A stretch of 64,000 bases of DNA, taken from the NCBI GenBank assembly GCA_037379345.1, contig CM074518.1, positions 15,810,001-15,874,000 on the forward strand, read 5' to 3'. The position numbers and the translations under genes were made by a program. Source of the stretch: Perna viridis. Its lineage: Eukaryota. Under the pieces are notes generated by a model. The model saw nothing but the letters and a program-made list of their open reading frames with translations, had not been told where the DNA came from and made no database searches. Shown one piece after another: positions 11,791 to 24,429 of the stretch. Within the stretch, counting starts at the first letter, position 1. Each line of letters begins with the position of its first letter.

Positions 11791-13916
11791 AATAGTATTT
11801 AATATTAGATATTAAATACATTTACAGTAAATTTTATTCAAATTGTCTAGATCTCCCCTCTGGAAAAACAAATTTCGCTGGAGTTTAGAGGAGTTATGAA
11901 CAAGGTAGAAATGAAAACTTTGGTTTAAGCCTTCACAAGATCAATTTACCAATAAAAATGTTCTTGTTATGCATTTAGAACCAATTGAAATTTGTATATG
12001 TATATGGGAACACATGTACACGTAACAAAACTTTCCATTTTTTGCTGTTTATTTGAATCATTGGTAAAATTATTTAAATTGTGTTATTGAAAACAAATAA
12101 ATTGACAATAATATGAAAATGAGCATATATATGAAAAAGAATTGCATTTTATTTATTTAAGATATGCTTCTAAAGGGAGTTAACAATTTGTTTTTTGATT
12201 TTATAATTATTATTTTCTTTTACTTTTTTTGAAAATATGCAATTTTTAGATACATAAAAAAAAATCTAAATCCTCAGAACCTGAATAAAACCTGAATAGT
12301 ATGTAAAAAGTAAATCGAAATCTTTAGAACCTGTCTTGCTTATCACTTGTGTATAAAATATCAGGGAAAAAATGTTCCCGTTTTCAAACTCGCCATTATA
12401 TTTATTGTTAAAGCATTTACTTTTCGTCTTGACCTATTCATAACTTACAAAGTGTTTGTCCCTAGTAATCAGTGTCGTGTATATTATTCCTTTGTAACAT
12501 GTAGGTCCTGTACCTACCGCTATATGAATGTTACCCATTTATCATTGAAAGACAAAATGCGTATTCAGTTTTGCACTGTTACATGCACAACTTATAATTC
12601 ATATTACTTTAAATTTTATTATATTCATGATTATCATATTACTCAAGAAACATTGAAATGAATTAAATTTGTCTATGGGGTAAATTTCTCTTTTTCTCAA
12701 GTTTCAATATTTTTTCCCCTATGCTCCTGGTTCTCCTTTTCCATCCAGAATTGCCCCACACGTTATGCACCTTTTAAGAAATTAATTGATCATTCATATT
12801 TATTAAAACATTATTTTACATTAATAGTTAAAGAAATAATTCAACAATATTATTTTTCCCCTATTTGATGTTTATTCCATATATACCGTGCCATATTTTT
12901 TTATTGTCCGATGAAATGGCCCCACACACCACTCAATGCGAAGTTTAACTCATTTAAGTATTGAACAACTGTTTTTTCTCCAGACTTTATAAAGAACGTG
13001 ATAAACCGAGGCATAAAAATCATCAGAATGTTCTGTATTTTGACGTTTTCGTACTGTTTTGAAACTGAGCACTGTTAGTGTGTGTTTGGTGTACTACGAT
13101 AACCAATTTGCTAGTAGGGATAATATAAAATCGTACCTTCACCCCATGCAGGTGTACAGAGTTCAAATTAACACAAGCATGTTTAAAAGTTCAGTGAAGT
13201 TGGAAAGAATATATTTGTTTTGGGGGGGGGATTCTAATTAAAATTAAGTGCGATATTTATTCATTTGTTTCTCAAATGAATTTAGTAAAATAATTTTAAA
13301 AAATAATTCTTGGAAAGTGTTAAAACTCTACTAGGACACATTTGTGTACCTTATTTGCGGAAATGATATATGGCGTCGTAAATGCGAAAACTGTTATTTT
13401 CTAATGATAAATAGTAAATAATCTTATTTAATAGTAAAAACGTATCTATTGTTTTAGTATGTAATATAACGAGAATAGGTTAATTGTGTATGTTAAGGAG
13501 ACAAAAAAATTCATCCCAAATATTTGACACAGTTTAATTAATTAATATTACAGTGTCGATTCATACAATTCGATATGTCGTAGTAAGTATGACAAAACGC
13601 TGCTATTAAAAATTGCAATATCAAAAAATAAGAATTCAACCTGCCGGTCAAAAATATTGAAACCTTGTTTACAGATTATAAAAATATCGATATCGCACCA
13701 TCATAATTTAGGATTTAAATTCAAACATATTATAAACAATACTCTCAAAGTAGACTTACAGAACAAAGTCGTAATTTGTACAATGTACTTAGCATCTGCA
13801 AATTAAAATCTGAATCCGTTCTTAATTTTACCTCGATTGTATTTTATTTCAGTTAGAAGTCGTAGAATTAATTCTTATCGTTAAAAATTACATGTATGAA
13901 TATATATATATATATA

Positions 13917-14242
13917 AACGTCTCAGAATGTGACGACTCTATTCACTACCCTGCTCCATCGGATCAAATTGATACAGGGAAGATATGTAAACGTATAGAA
14001 AGGTCTGAAAAATTCCCAACGATGTTAGAACTGTCAAATTTGCGATGCAAATTTTTGGTCGTTCCCTCCGCGGGACTCGAACTCGTACTGCTGTGACATC
14101 TATGGCAACACCGCCTGCACAAAGTCCAGCGCCCTAGACCACTCGGCCAGCTAGGTTATATTAAAATATAGCTTTCGCTGGCCGGGACATACCTCCTCGT
14201 AGGATTAATCTAGGGCTGTAACTTTGTACACGATGTATGGTA
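13917..14242 (-). mobile_element. ~325-bp element with an internal tRNA-Leu-like segment, flanked by (TA)n
   Basis: Reverse complement has A box TGGCCGAGTGG, TCTAGGGCGCTGGAC and B box GAGTTCGAGTCC. Colinear with 42304-42630. Confidence 0.85.
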
Positions 14243-14267
14243 ATATATATATATATATCTTTTATAG

Positions 14268-15623
14268 ATTGAAAAAGACTGTGAACATCTACCAAAATTA
14301 ATCAACGCACAGATTGATTTAGACTACAACATCAGGTTGCCTAAAAACGCAACAAAAACTGAAATGATGCAAGCTGCCCTTCTTACATTTTTAGTAAAAT
14401 CCGTGCAGGGGTTTTCGGAAATGAGCTTAACGTATCAAATGAGAGTTGATAAAAAATCTACGACAATGAACATCAAAACAAAATGTAAAATAACAAAGAC
14501 GGTTTTTCACCATGAAATAACCAGCATTAAACAACTTATCAACAAACAAAGAATTACTATTAAAGAGAAGAGTAGTGACCGAAGGTTTGAAATTATTAAT
14601 CAAGAGAACAACCAGGATACATGGAACATGACTGGCGAATTGATTTATAAACCAACGAAAAAAACCAAAGAACAGTTTTATTCATATTATGGCATTACGA
14701 TTTCAAACGTCACCTTTTTAGAATTGTGTAATGATATTGAAGTCCTTGTGTACAGAAAGGGTACGGAAACACTCAAAATTGTTTCCTTTAACTGCAAATC
14801 GAAATTATTGCAACTAAAACCTAACACTTTAGCCATTCTTACCGTCACTTTTTCAAGCATATCTTCAATATCTCTAGTTATTATGATTATAAATAATCGC
14901 CGACATACTTCCCATCTTGAAGTTCCAGTTTCAAATCTTGAGAACCTCAGCATTTCGATGGTTTTGTCAACTTTACTTCTGATGGCAGGACATTTACCAA
15001 CCAATCTAAATGAATGGATATGTTATGCTATTAGCGTGAGTTCACACTACCTTTGGTTGACAGTGTTTTCTTTCACAAGTCTAGCTGTTCTACACATAGT
15101 AAAAAATCTAATGCAACTGAAAGCTAGGCGTTTTAATAACAAAGAAACTAAAACCAGAAGAAGACGTAAAATGACACTCCTGGGACTTACTATACCGTTT
15201 GTATTTGTCATACCAGCGATAGTTGTTGATCAAATTGGACCACTTCATTATTCACCTGGGTATGGAACCAATGATGTCTGTTTCCCGACCAGATTTCCTG
15301 GAAACCTTATATTCTTTACTGGGCCAATACTTGGATTGATAGCTATTGATACTATGAGCATCGTACAGATTATCGTCAAAATCCGTATGGTCACCGTGGC
15401 TACAGAAAACCTGCAGCGATCGTCCTCTTTCTCTGAAGCTAAGATCTTTTTTAGAGTCTTAAGCATTTCGGGATGCTTGTGGATCACCGGAGTATTAGCC
15501 GCCTTTTTTGAATCAGAATGGATGGAATATGTGTTCACTACATTGTGTGGATTACAAGGTTTGTTTATTACCATAGCTAATCTAACGACAAAAAAAATGA
15601 ATTTTTGCAAGATAAGAGAATGA
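14268..15623 (+). CDS. Terminal coding exon of the same 7TM receptor (spliced product ~881 aa if no further exons intervene)
   Basis: Acceptor TCTTTTATAG|ATT at 14267/14268, in frame with ORF 14337-15623 and phase-matched to the 5715 donor. Seven hydrophobic segments with class-B-like motifs (WICYAISVSSHYLWL, YSPGYG..CF, WITG, CGLQGLFI). Confidence 0.85.
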   Translation: MEKDCEHLPKLINAQIDLDYNIRLPKNATKTEMMQAALLTFLVKSVQGFSEMSLTYQMRVDKKSTTMNIKTKCKITKTVFHHEITSIKQLINKQRITIKEKSSDRRFEIINQENNQDTWNMTGELIYKPTKKTKEQFYSYYGITISNVTFLELCNDIEVLVYRKGTETLKIVSFNCKSKLLQLKPNTLAILTVTFSSISSISLVIMIINNRRHTSHLEVPVSNLENLSISMVLSTLLLMAGHLPTNLNEWICYAISVSSHYLWLTVFSFTSLAVLHIVKNLMQLKARRFNNKETKTRRRRKMTLLGLTIPFVFVIPAIVVDQIGPLHYSPGYGTNDVCFPTRFPGNLIFFTGPILGLIAIDTMSIVQIIVKIRMVTVATENLQRSSSFSEAKIFFRVLSISGCLWITGVLAAFFESEWMEYVFTTLCGLQGLFITIANLTTKKMNFCKIRE

Positions 15624-16285
15624 TCTTCTACTGACAAGCTCAATTTGTTTTTGAAAGCTGTTTTACAGCAGACAAAATATTGTTCAAAAATGTAATCGTT
15701 ATCTTGTGTAGTATCTACCCACTTCAAAATTAACTGGATTTAAAAATTAGCGTTGTTATGTCGTCTTCCTTTCCAATGTTCATAAAATATCTACCCTACA
15801 CTGCATGTCATTGGAACAACTGATGTGTTACATATACTATATAGTAAATTATATAAAAAAAATCATTTCTAATAGTTTATAATTATCGAATCAATTGCAA
15901 AATAAAACAAACTGAAATAGATTTAATTTGATAGTTCTCTGCATCAGATGACCAGTATCAAAATTCAGTCCAATTAATACTTCTTCCCACTTTCTTAAAG
16001 AGAACAATGTTTGGAGGAGTGTTATTTTTATCCTCTTGATTATTAATCGTCGCTTGCCTTAAAGGAATATATACTACAATGTATGTATAGTGAAGGATGT
16101 GTTCGTCCTTATGTTCAAGCTCCTTTCTGCTTCCGTTAGCAATACGCGGTGACGTACCCGTTCTGTTATCTTTTAGCCATCATAGACCGTCAAAATTAAA
16201 GTACTAATTAAGTATAAGTATTTATTACTTGCAAACTTTATATTTTATTTTGTTACTTTATCAATATTTAGTATATTCATAAAAT

Positions 16286-16404
16286 ACTTTAGCCATTCTA
16301 ACCGTCACTTTTTCAACCATATCTTCAATATCTCTAGTTATTATGATAATAAATAATCGCCGACATACTTCCCATCTTGAAGCTCCAGTTTCAAATCTTG
16401 AGAA
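16286..16404 (+). repeat. 119-bp duplicate of GPCR coding sequence 14826-14944 (TM1/ICL1)
   Basis: By-eye alignment shows 4 substitutions and no indels. Confidence 0.95.
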
Positions 16405-16408
16405 AAAT

Positions 16409-16657
16409 CTTGACTTTTTATGAGCAACTCGGCGAGTGTTTCTAGAAAAGCAGAGGACGCTTACCCTACCGGTGAACCTGGTCCATGCTCCCAGTTTTTA
16501 GTGGAGTCCGAGTTGCTCATTTGCTTTTGTTACTTTGCATGTATGATTTTAGTTACTTTGTGTTCTTTGTTGTGTGTGTCTGTTTTCCATGTCTGGTATT
16601 TGTCCCTGGATTGCATTCTTTTGATTACCGCTATAACCTTGGTTCCCTTGATTACTC
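16409..16657 (+). mobile_element. PLE (Naiad-like) 3' UTR fragment
   Basis: CTTGACTTTTTATGAGCAACTCGG...CCCTTGATTACTC. Confidence 0.9.
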
Positions 16658-18347
16658 ATTAACTCCTCCTACCAGTGCCTCTAATGGAATTAACAAGAAG
16701 TTAACTGTACATTTCTTTTATCAGATTTTGATTTAATTCATATAGTTGATTTAGATGTTTCTCATATCAAATTATAAAGTCTCCTTATATGAACGTTTCC
16801 GTCAAAACCTTTAACATTTTGGGTATTCTGTTTATTTGTGTATAGTTTCTTGTTCGATATACCTGTTTCTATTTTTCGTTTGCTCTATACTCTAATAGCT
16901 GGCATTTTTATCGTCTCCGCAATTATTTAGAATTATAGATAAATTGAAAGATTTTTATTATAAAAGAAATGTCCAGTATATGTAAGGCATGTATAGTTAA
17001 GTTGCTATATCTGTTAGGTCGTTTTGTATGGTTTTGAGCGATAGAATAATGTCTGCTAATATTTATTTATAAATATACTTGAGTGTAAAGATTGTCCTAG
17101 CATGTAACTGGTATTCATTATTGTAAATGAATATAGTATGTATTCAGCAATGTGTATATTTCGTACGGAAAACCGATATATATAGTTACTGGCAAATCGG
17201 TGTGTTTGATTTCTGAGTGGGATGTTTGATTTGTGATTTCCTTTTATGTAAGGTCATTTATTAATCCTATTAATCACCCTAATTAGTATGTTGTATTTAC
17301 AAATGTAGTTTTACATTTCAGATGAAAGTTAAAATTACAGGTTTAAGCTGATAATCAATATCAGTGTTTGTTATAAATGGGTAGGTATACGTTTTTGTCA
17401 TTTTTGAATAATTAGATATTGTAGTATATTACAATTTTCGAAACACTTAGTATTTTTGTAAACCAAGTAGAAATATTCTGTTTATTGATTTGCCATTTTC
17501 ATCTTTTTTATTGTAAATGTAAGTCATCTTTTGATTCAGATCGAATTGGTTTGTTTAATTTAGTCTTCATTTGTACATTTTTACTCTCAAATGTAGATGT
17601 GATACGTGTTGTTATTGTTATTTGTTGATTTGTCGTATTTATGTACTTTAATAAAGTATCTAGACCCAAGCTTTGCGTTAAGTTTGATGAAACCATTAAC
17701 CCTCGGGGCACACATTGTACAATTCCTCCTTAATCAATGATTAGAATCTTATCAAACTTTCAGAGAATGCTGATTGAATAATAAAGACGCACATCACCGT
17801 ATCAATATTTCGGTTTTAATGTTTTATGGAGGAGGAATCATATACATGGTGTAGTATATGTCTTAACGGTACCTATGTCTTGCAGGTTTTCAGAGGAAAA
17901 TATAAATATAACCTTTATTTGAATAAACATTATCTATCCACTTCGATTTGTTGTTTGTTGTTGTTCTTGGTTTTTATTTGGTTTTTTGTATTTTTTTTGT
18001 ATTGTTTTTTTTTGTTTTTTGGTAGTTACTTGCCTTGTCAATTGTAAACTCGGTAAGAAAGTCTCGAGTACTTTGGTACTTTGTAAAAAGATAAACATTA
18101 ATTATTATAAAAAGGTAGGAAAACAATAGATTAAATAAACCGACCAACCTTCGATAAGTCAACGGTATTACAATACACTAAAAATAAATTATTTCGAAAT
18201 GACCCTGGTTTATTTATTTATTTATTTATTTCTGTATTTTATTTTATTTTATTTTATTTGTATTTTTGTTTGTTTAAAAATCACACATCGTCGTTGTAAG
18301 TTTTTTTATCTACGCCATTCACCTAAAATGTACATCTGTGAAAAATT

Positions 18348-18597
18348 AATCAAGGGAATCATACATACAAAGTAACAAAAGCAGATGAGCAACTCAGACT
18401 CCACTAAATTTGGGAACATGGACCAGGTGAACTGGTAGGATAAGCGTCCTCTGCTTTTCTAGAAACACCCGCCGAGTTGCTCATAAAATTTCAAGTCCAG
18501 GGTAGACAAACGAGGAAAGGTAAACTATGACCCGTTGAATATGTGAATTCTATTTTCTTTTGATTTCCAATAGAATCTTGGTTCTTTTTATTACTCA
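18348..18597 (-). mobile_element. PLE 3' fragment (-, internally deleted) followed by a short + strand tail piece
   Basis: Reverse complement of the family 3' UTR to 18540, then TTCTTTTGATT...TTACTC on +. Confidence 0.75.
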
Positions 18598-19144
18598 TTC
18601 ACATCTTACCATCAAGGAAACGTTTTAAGGTATACATCTTCTAATGGTTTAGTGTCAAAACACTTCTGTCAAGCTAATATAAAACATGTATGAGCCATTT
18701 TCATTGATGACCATTCCTAAGCAATATGTAGATATATGCATATCGGCGTTAACATTGATACATCTATCATTAAATGCCCATGTGGCAACAACTACATAAG
18801 ATTAGCAAAATCCATACAAATGGAGAAACGTTTTTTGCTCGTTAAAATTATATTTCTTAAGATTTTACATATATAGTGACATAATTAAAAGATAATAACT
18901 ACTTTATTCAGCTAAACGATTTAGTTTGGGGCATACAGTGAAAAGACTCCGAGAGTATCAGAAACTCAGTAATATAATTAATGGTTTTACATTCTTTTGA
19001 TTTCCGCTAGGTTCTTGGTTTCCTTGATTACACCTCTGCAGTATTAAGGCGGTGTTTATTTTTGTGCATCATCATAAATCAATGTCACAATAGTATATTC
19101 CAAATGACCTATCAGATATATCAATTATCATTAAAATAAAAAAA

Positions 19145-19667
19145 ATGTTTGTTTGTTTGCTGGGGTTTAACGTCCGGTCCGAGCAGCAATATTTCAGCTA
19201 TATTCAGACGATGAACATGAAATGGATGATAAAATGAACATGAAATGATGATGAAATGAAAAATGGATGGGACACAAGGACAATGGGGTCGACAAATTTT
19301 GATTGCAACTGGCAATAGGGAGAGGTGGGTAGGGTCGGGCAATTTAGCCTCCTGTGGCGGAGCCCTATGGTTCCTACTCCGGGAGAATACCACAGTAGGT
19401 TTCTTTAACGTGCAAGGAACGTGGCATCTTTCCCAACACGGTGCACCACTATGGTTTGCGGTCAGGTTTTCCGTATTATAGCCTGACAACCCCAGCATGT
19501 AACACACCAGGGGTACCCCATTCCACCACCTGGAGCACAACCCAGTTGCGCTGTGGGCAGAGCGCCCTAGCCCCCGGCTACGGTTCTGAGCACTATTTAG
19601 TCGCCTTTTACGACAAGCTTAGCGCTGCTGCAGGCCTATTCTTTTAACACCCGGACCTGCACGGGGC
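19145..19667 (-). mobile_element. ~520-bp SINE-like element with non-tRNA structured head and (AAAC)n tail
   Basis: Highly similar inverted copy at 35341-35859. No recognisable A/B boxes at the 5' end. Confidence 0.85.
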
Positions 19668-19714
19668 AAAATAAGAAAGACACTCGCATAATCGTCTATA
19701 TTGATACGTCTTTC

Positions 19715-19908
19715 AAATTTGCGAAGCAAGTGTTTAGTTGTTCCCTTCGCGTGAACACGAACTTGTACCGCTGTGACATCTATAGCAACACCGCCTCCAC
19801 TAAGTCCAGCGCCCTAGACCACTCGGCCAGCTATATAAAAATATAGCTTTCGCTGGCCGGGACATTCCTCCTCGTAGGATTAATATAGGGCTGAAAGTTA
19901 CAGTTCTA
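19715..19908 (-). mobile_element. Partial copy of the tRNA-containing element
   Basis: AAGTCCAGCGCCCTAGACCACTCGGCCAGCTA...TTTCGCTGGCCGGGACAT matches 14120-14225. Confidence 0.85.
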
Positions 19909-19909
19909 G

Positions 19910-22900
19910 CCTAAAGAAGAGGCGAAGGCGAGTCACTGGCGCCTTAAAACCAGATAGCTTCGGGTAGATGGGGCTCGTAAATCTTGGAGGGTAACCCATC
20001 TAGGAGAAGGAAAACTCTGATCTAAAACCTCCGCTGCCTTGCGACTACACCCTTCGACAGGGAAAGGCTTCAGGAAACAACCTCGAGGAAAATCCAGAAC
20101 TAGGAATCTGTAATTTCCTTCCTGTACTTCCAGGATCAGAACTTTTGTTCAGAAGCTAAGGGTGAGGTAACCCCGACAGAAAACCTAGAGTGTTGAAGAC
20201 GAGGTGTTGGGCGATACAGCGCACTCGAACAGACCACAACACCACGCACAAATAGCCAAAATGACACTTGAAACCATGAACAAACGATTTGAGGACCCAT
20301 CAGGCAGGTGCAGTATGAAAACCACCTTATCGTTGTCAACAACGCCGCTGTCGCATCTACTTTTTATTCTCGTCGATTGCATTTAACCATCACACCAGAT
20401 CTAGCTTTCTGTACTGATGATATACACCAGCTAGGAGGCAATGATCATCGACCTGTCATGATATCCATTGCAGAATCAACAACATCTGAGTTTGCTCAGC
20501 TACCAAGATGGAATTACAAGAAGGCAAATTGGAGTATGTTTCACGCTAGACCAGATGAACTTACAAGGGACATAGCGATAGAGGGAAAGAATATTAAGAA
20601 TGTGATGAAAGCATTCAATACTGTTGTATTAAAGGAAACAAAGGAAAGTATACCAAGAGATGTAAGAAAGGACCATAAGCCATACTGGTCCAGTGAGAAA
20701 CAGGCAACACACGAGGCACTCACAAGGGCAAAGGAGGATGCAAAACTAAATCCCAGTCAGGAAAATAACATCAAACTCCAAAAGTGCAAGGCCAACCATC
20801 TAAAAACAAAGATTGAATGTTGAGGTTGAAGGAGAAACAACCGTAGGAAAAGCGGCAGCGAATGAATTTGCTAAAGGCTATGAGAAAGAAAGCAACACTG
20901 ATATACCACTGTCATGGAAAAAAGAAGTAAGAACTGAATTGAGGGACAGATCAAAGGTGCCAACACATGAAATTATGCAGAGAGATATCACCATATTTGA
21001 GATGAAGGTAGCCATCAGAAAAATGAAAATGAAAAAGGCACCAGGTCCAGATAATATCACCAATAATATGTTTCAACACCTCGGCACCTTAGCATTAACA
21101 ACTTTGCTAGAGATTCTCAACCTGAGCTGGAGACAGGGTTAAGTCGCTCAATGTTGGAAAGAAGCTATAATGATGCCAATACTGAAGAGGGGAAAGAACA
21201 AGTCGAAAGCCTCAAGCTATCGCCCAATTAGCCTAACAAGCAGTTGTGCGAATTAATGGAGCGTATAATCAACAAGTGCCTACAGATATACTTGGAATCG
21301 GGGAGCATTCTTGGTCATGAACAAGCTGGTTTTAAACAGTACAAGAGCATAGAGGATCAGACAACACATCTATTTCAAGTAGCCGAGGATGCATTTCAAT
21401 CACAGAAAGTAACGCTAGCTGTCTTCTTAGATCTTCAGAGAGCATTTGACAAAGTCTGGAAAGATGGTCTACCTGTGAAAATTCTTAGATATCGAGTAAG
21501 TGGAAGAATGTAGAAATGGACCATTCATATATGTACAATAGAAGGGCAAGAGTGCTAGAATACTCGTAGATGGGAAACATGGCCGAAAAATACTTCTAAA
21601 ACAGGGTGTACCACAGGGAGGAGTATTGCAACCAACTCTGTTCATACTCTATATGAATGACCTAGCTCCAGAGCTACCAAATGGTGTACAATCAGCACTC
21701 TACGCAGATGATTTTGTCCTCTGGTGCTCTGAAGAGTATGCAACTACTGCAAGGTACAGGATGCAAACAGCATTAGATATGATAGTCAAATAGGCCAAGG
21801 AGTGGTGTGTTACCATCAATAGAGAGAAAACAACATTAACCCTCTCACCTAAAATCCAATCTGTCAAACTGACCATGGATGACATCCATATCACAATGGA
21901 AGACCAGCAAACATATCTTGGTGTAACCGTCGATAAAAGACTTACATGGAAACAGCATACAATTACAGCAAAAGCCAAAGCCAGACTAAAACTAAACATC
22001 ATGAGAAACTGGTACAAAATGGGGTACTATTGAGAAAATTTTGAAATCTGTCTACGAAGAAAACTTACGCCCACATCTAGAATATGGCTCTAGTGTTTTG
22101 ATGACAGCAGCTAAGTCTCACCATCAGACTCTAGATAAAGTCCAGAATTAGGCACTCTCCATCATCACAGGAGCCATGAAATCAACACCTATCTCTAGTA
22201 TGGAGGAAATTACAAACATAACACCATTAGGAAGAGAAGAACATGTAAAGCTATGATACATGCCACCAAATATCAATGCTTACCAAACCACCAAGAACAT
22301 CTACCTAAGCATTTCAAACCTATAAATTTAAAAATGATTGACAATCTATGTGCAGAGAAGGAGGACAATGTAACCATTCAGACAACAGTTCCGTTACCCA
22401 GTGCCAAAGATGAACAATCAAAAATCGTCAGAAAGACCGTAACAATAAGCATACTGGAAGAAGAGTACCCATCATAATTGTGGGCAAGAGTTTACACAGA
22501 CGATTCAGCCACAAATGCGACAACAAAAGGAGGGGCCGGTATCTATATAGAATACCAAAATGGAAAACAACAGTAAATGACAATATCAACAGGACTACAT
22601 TGCTCCAACTACAAGGCTGAAGAAGAAGCACTCATACATGCGGCAAATGACATCAAGGAAAACGCAGAAAATATGCAAGTAGTATTCCTAACAGATGCCC
22701 TCTCCGTAATACAAGCACTGACCAACAACAAACTACAACAACTTGAAAGAGCTATTTATTCCAACAAGAGACTTAAAACTGCCATACAGTGGATACCATC
22801 TCATTGTGGAATCATCGGAAATGAAAAAGCAGATAAGCTAGCAAAAGAAGGCGCTCAACAACAACAAGGTGAAAATCCTGTCTGATACACAGAAATGAAG

Positions 22901-23238
22901 ACCATCATCAAGTCTCTGCACCATTCCCCTCAGCAGCAAGATAGCTACCATCAACTAAAAAGTTCTTAGCAAACTACAATCTTCAGGCTCAGGACAGGAC
23001 ACAACAGACTCAGAGTTTTGAAGGTCATACCATCACCTATGTGTCCCTGTGGAGAAGCAGAGCAGAATACAGAACAGACGTGCAAATTACCCCAGGCACA
23101 GAGAGAGAAAATATGGGATAAAGCAACACCAAATACATAGAAACAGTATGGACCTGTGGAAGACCTACAGAAGACGGCAAGATTTGTTTAGGAGACTGGA
23201 ATTCAAGTTCAATGGCGAACGACAAGAAGAAAAAGAAT
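19910..23238 (+). mobile_element. Decayed non-LTR retrotransposon of the I group (Ingi-like): 5' leader, EN C-terminus, RT, RNase H, GAA-rich tail
   Basis: TPDLAF..DHRPV (EN). KAPGPDNI, YRPISLTS, DLQRAFDKVW, GVPQGG, YADD (RT). YTDxSA, FLTDALS, QWIPSHCGIIGNEKADKLAK (RNase H). Many stops and frameshifts. Confidence 0.85.
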
Positions 23239-24405
23239 ACATACAGAGTGACAAAAGCAAATGAGCAACTCAGACTCCACTAAAACTTGGAGCACCCGGC
23301 GAGTTTCTCATAAAAAGTCTTTTCCAAGGTAGACGAAATAGAAAAGGAAAACTATGACGTTGAACAAATCAGTTTTCATAGTGCAAATGGTTACACTATG
23401 CGGATCCACGTGTTCATGATGACGACCATAAAATTTCTGTAGTGATGACTTCAATCTTGTAGCAACATAATCCTGTTCCAGAAGCCTAATTGTAAGAAGT
23501 CTAGCGCGATGCAAAAAGTATGCGTATTTACGACAATCCCTGGCATAACACATTAGTTGCGAAAATATATCTATAAGAAGATATGATAACTCCATACGCA
23601 GGTGCTGAAGGGATTTTGCCACAGATAAAAGGAAAGTTGACACTTCTGAATGAAAAGTCATCACTTTTGTCGTATAGTTTAGTCAATAGTTTCCCTTTAT
23701 CATCGATCTCTAAGTGTGCGTCAAGATATGAGGCTGACTTAACAGTGCCTGTAGTATCCTTTATCTCAAGTTCTTTTGGATAGATGCAATGTAGCAAATC
23801 CCCGAAACTAGGATTGTTTAACGATAATACGTCATCTATATAGCAGAAACTGATATTAAAGGATCTAGCATTAACGATGTTCTTTCTCTCTGATCAGATC
23901 AGCTATAACGTCAGTCTTATAAAGGTGAAAGAATATGTCAGCAAGTAGAGGAACACAAGTTGTTCCCATTGAAATGCCGAACGGTTGTTGAAAAACGCGT
24001 TCACCACACTGGACAAATATGTTGTCGATAACAAAATCCAGCATTTCGGTTTATTTAAAAGATGATTTGGAATTATTTTTTACAAGGTATGGGGAATCTC
24101 TACCAAGAACTACATATTTGTATCTTCGTGTACTGTCTTTTGTTTGAGTGACAACGACGTAAAATGTTTTTGAGTCGGGATTTTAACTAAATATGGGGAA
24201 TAGAAGTATAAAGAATTGAAAAATCGTATGTTTTAATGCTATTATATTCAGATGTGGATTTCCAGAAGTTCCTTCGGATTTTTCAAGATCAACATTAATA
24301 TTCCTACGGGAGAAACAAGTGTTTTGGTAGGATGGAAGACCCTCTTTGATAGTTGTAAGTATAGAAGTTAAAAGGTTTGGTAATACATTTGTAGATCCAC
24401 CTATG
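23239..24405 (-). mobile_element. Long PLE (Naiad-like) fragment covering RT core to 3' UTR, decayed
   Basis: On -: LLTSILTTIK, SIKTYDFSILYTSIP, DNIFV, MGTTCVPLLAD, YIDDVLSLNNP, YPKELEIKDTT, LYDK.DDF. Confidence 0.9.
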
Positions 24406-24429
24406 TACCATTATTACCATTATTATTAT

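Noticed and set aside
16420-16736. Recurrent small ORFs MSNSAGVSRKAEDAYPTG / MLPVFSGVRVAHLLL as a peptide family
   Set aside because: They are translations of the young PLE 3' UTR. Similarity reflects recent copying, and they run into unrelated flanks.
20075-20105. 2A-like peptide (LEENPEL; related at 9220; PGP remnant near 57665)
   Set aside because: Lacks the required NPGP, has no supporting open frame, and the two copies disagree in frame.
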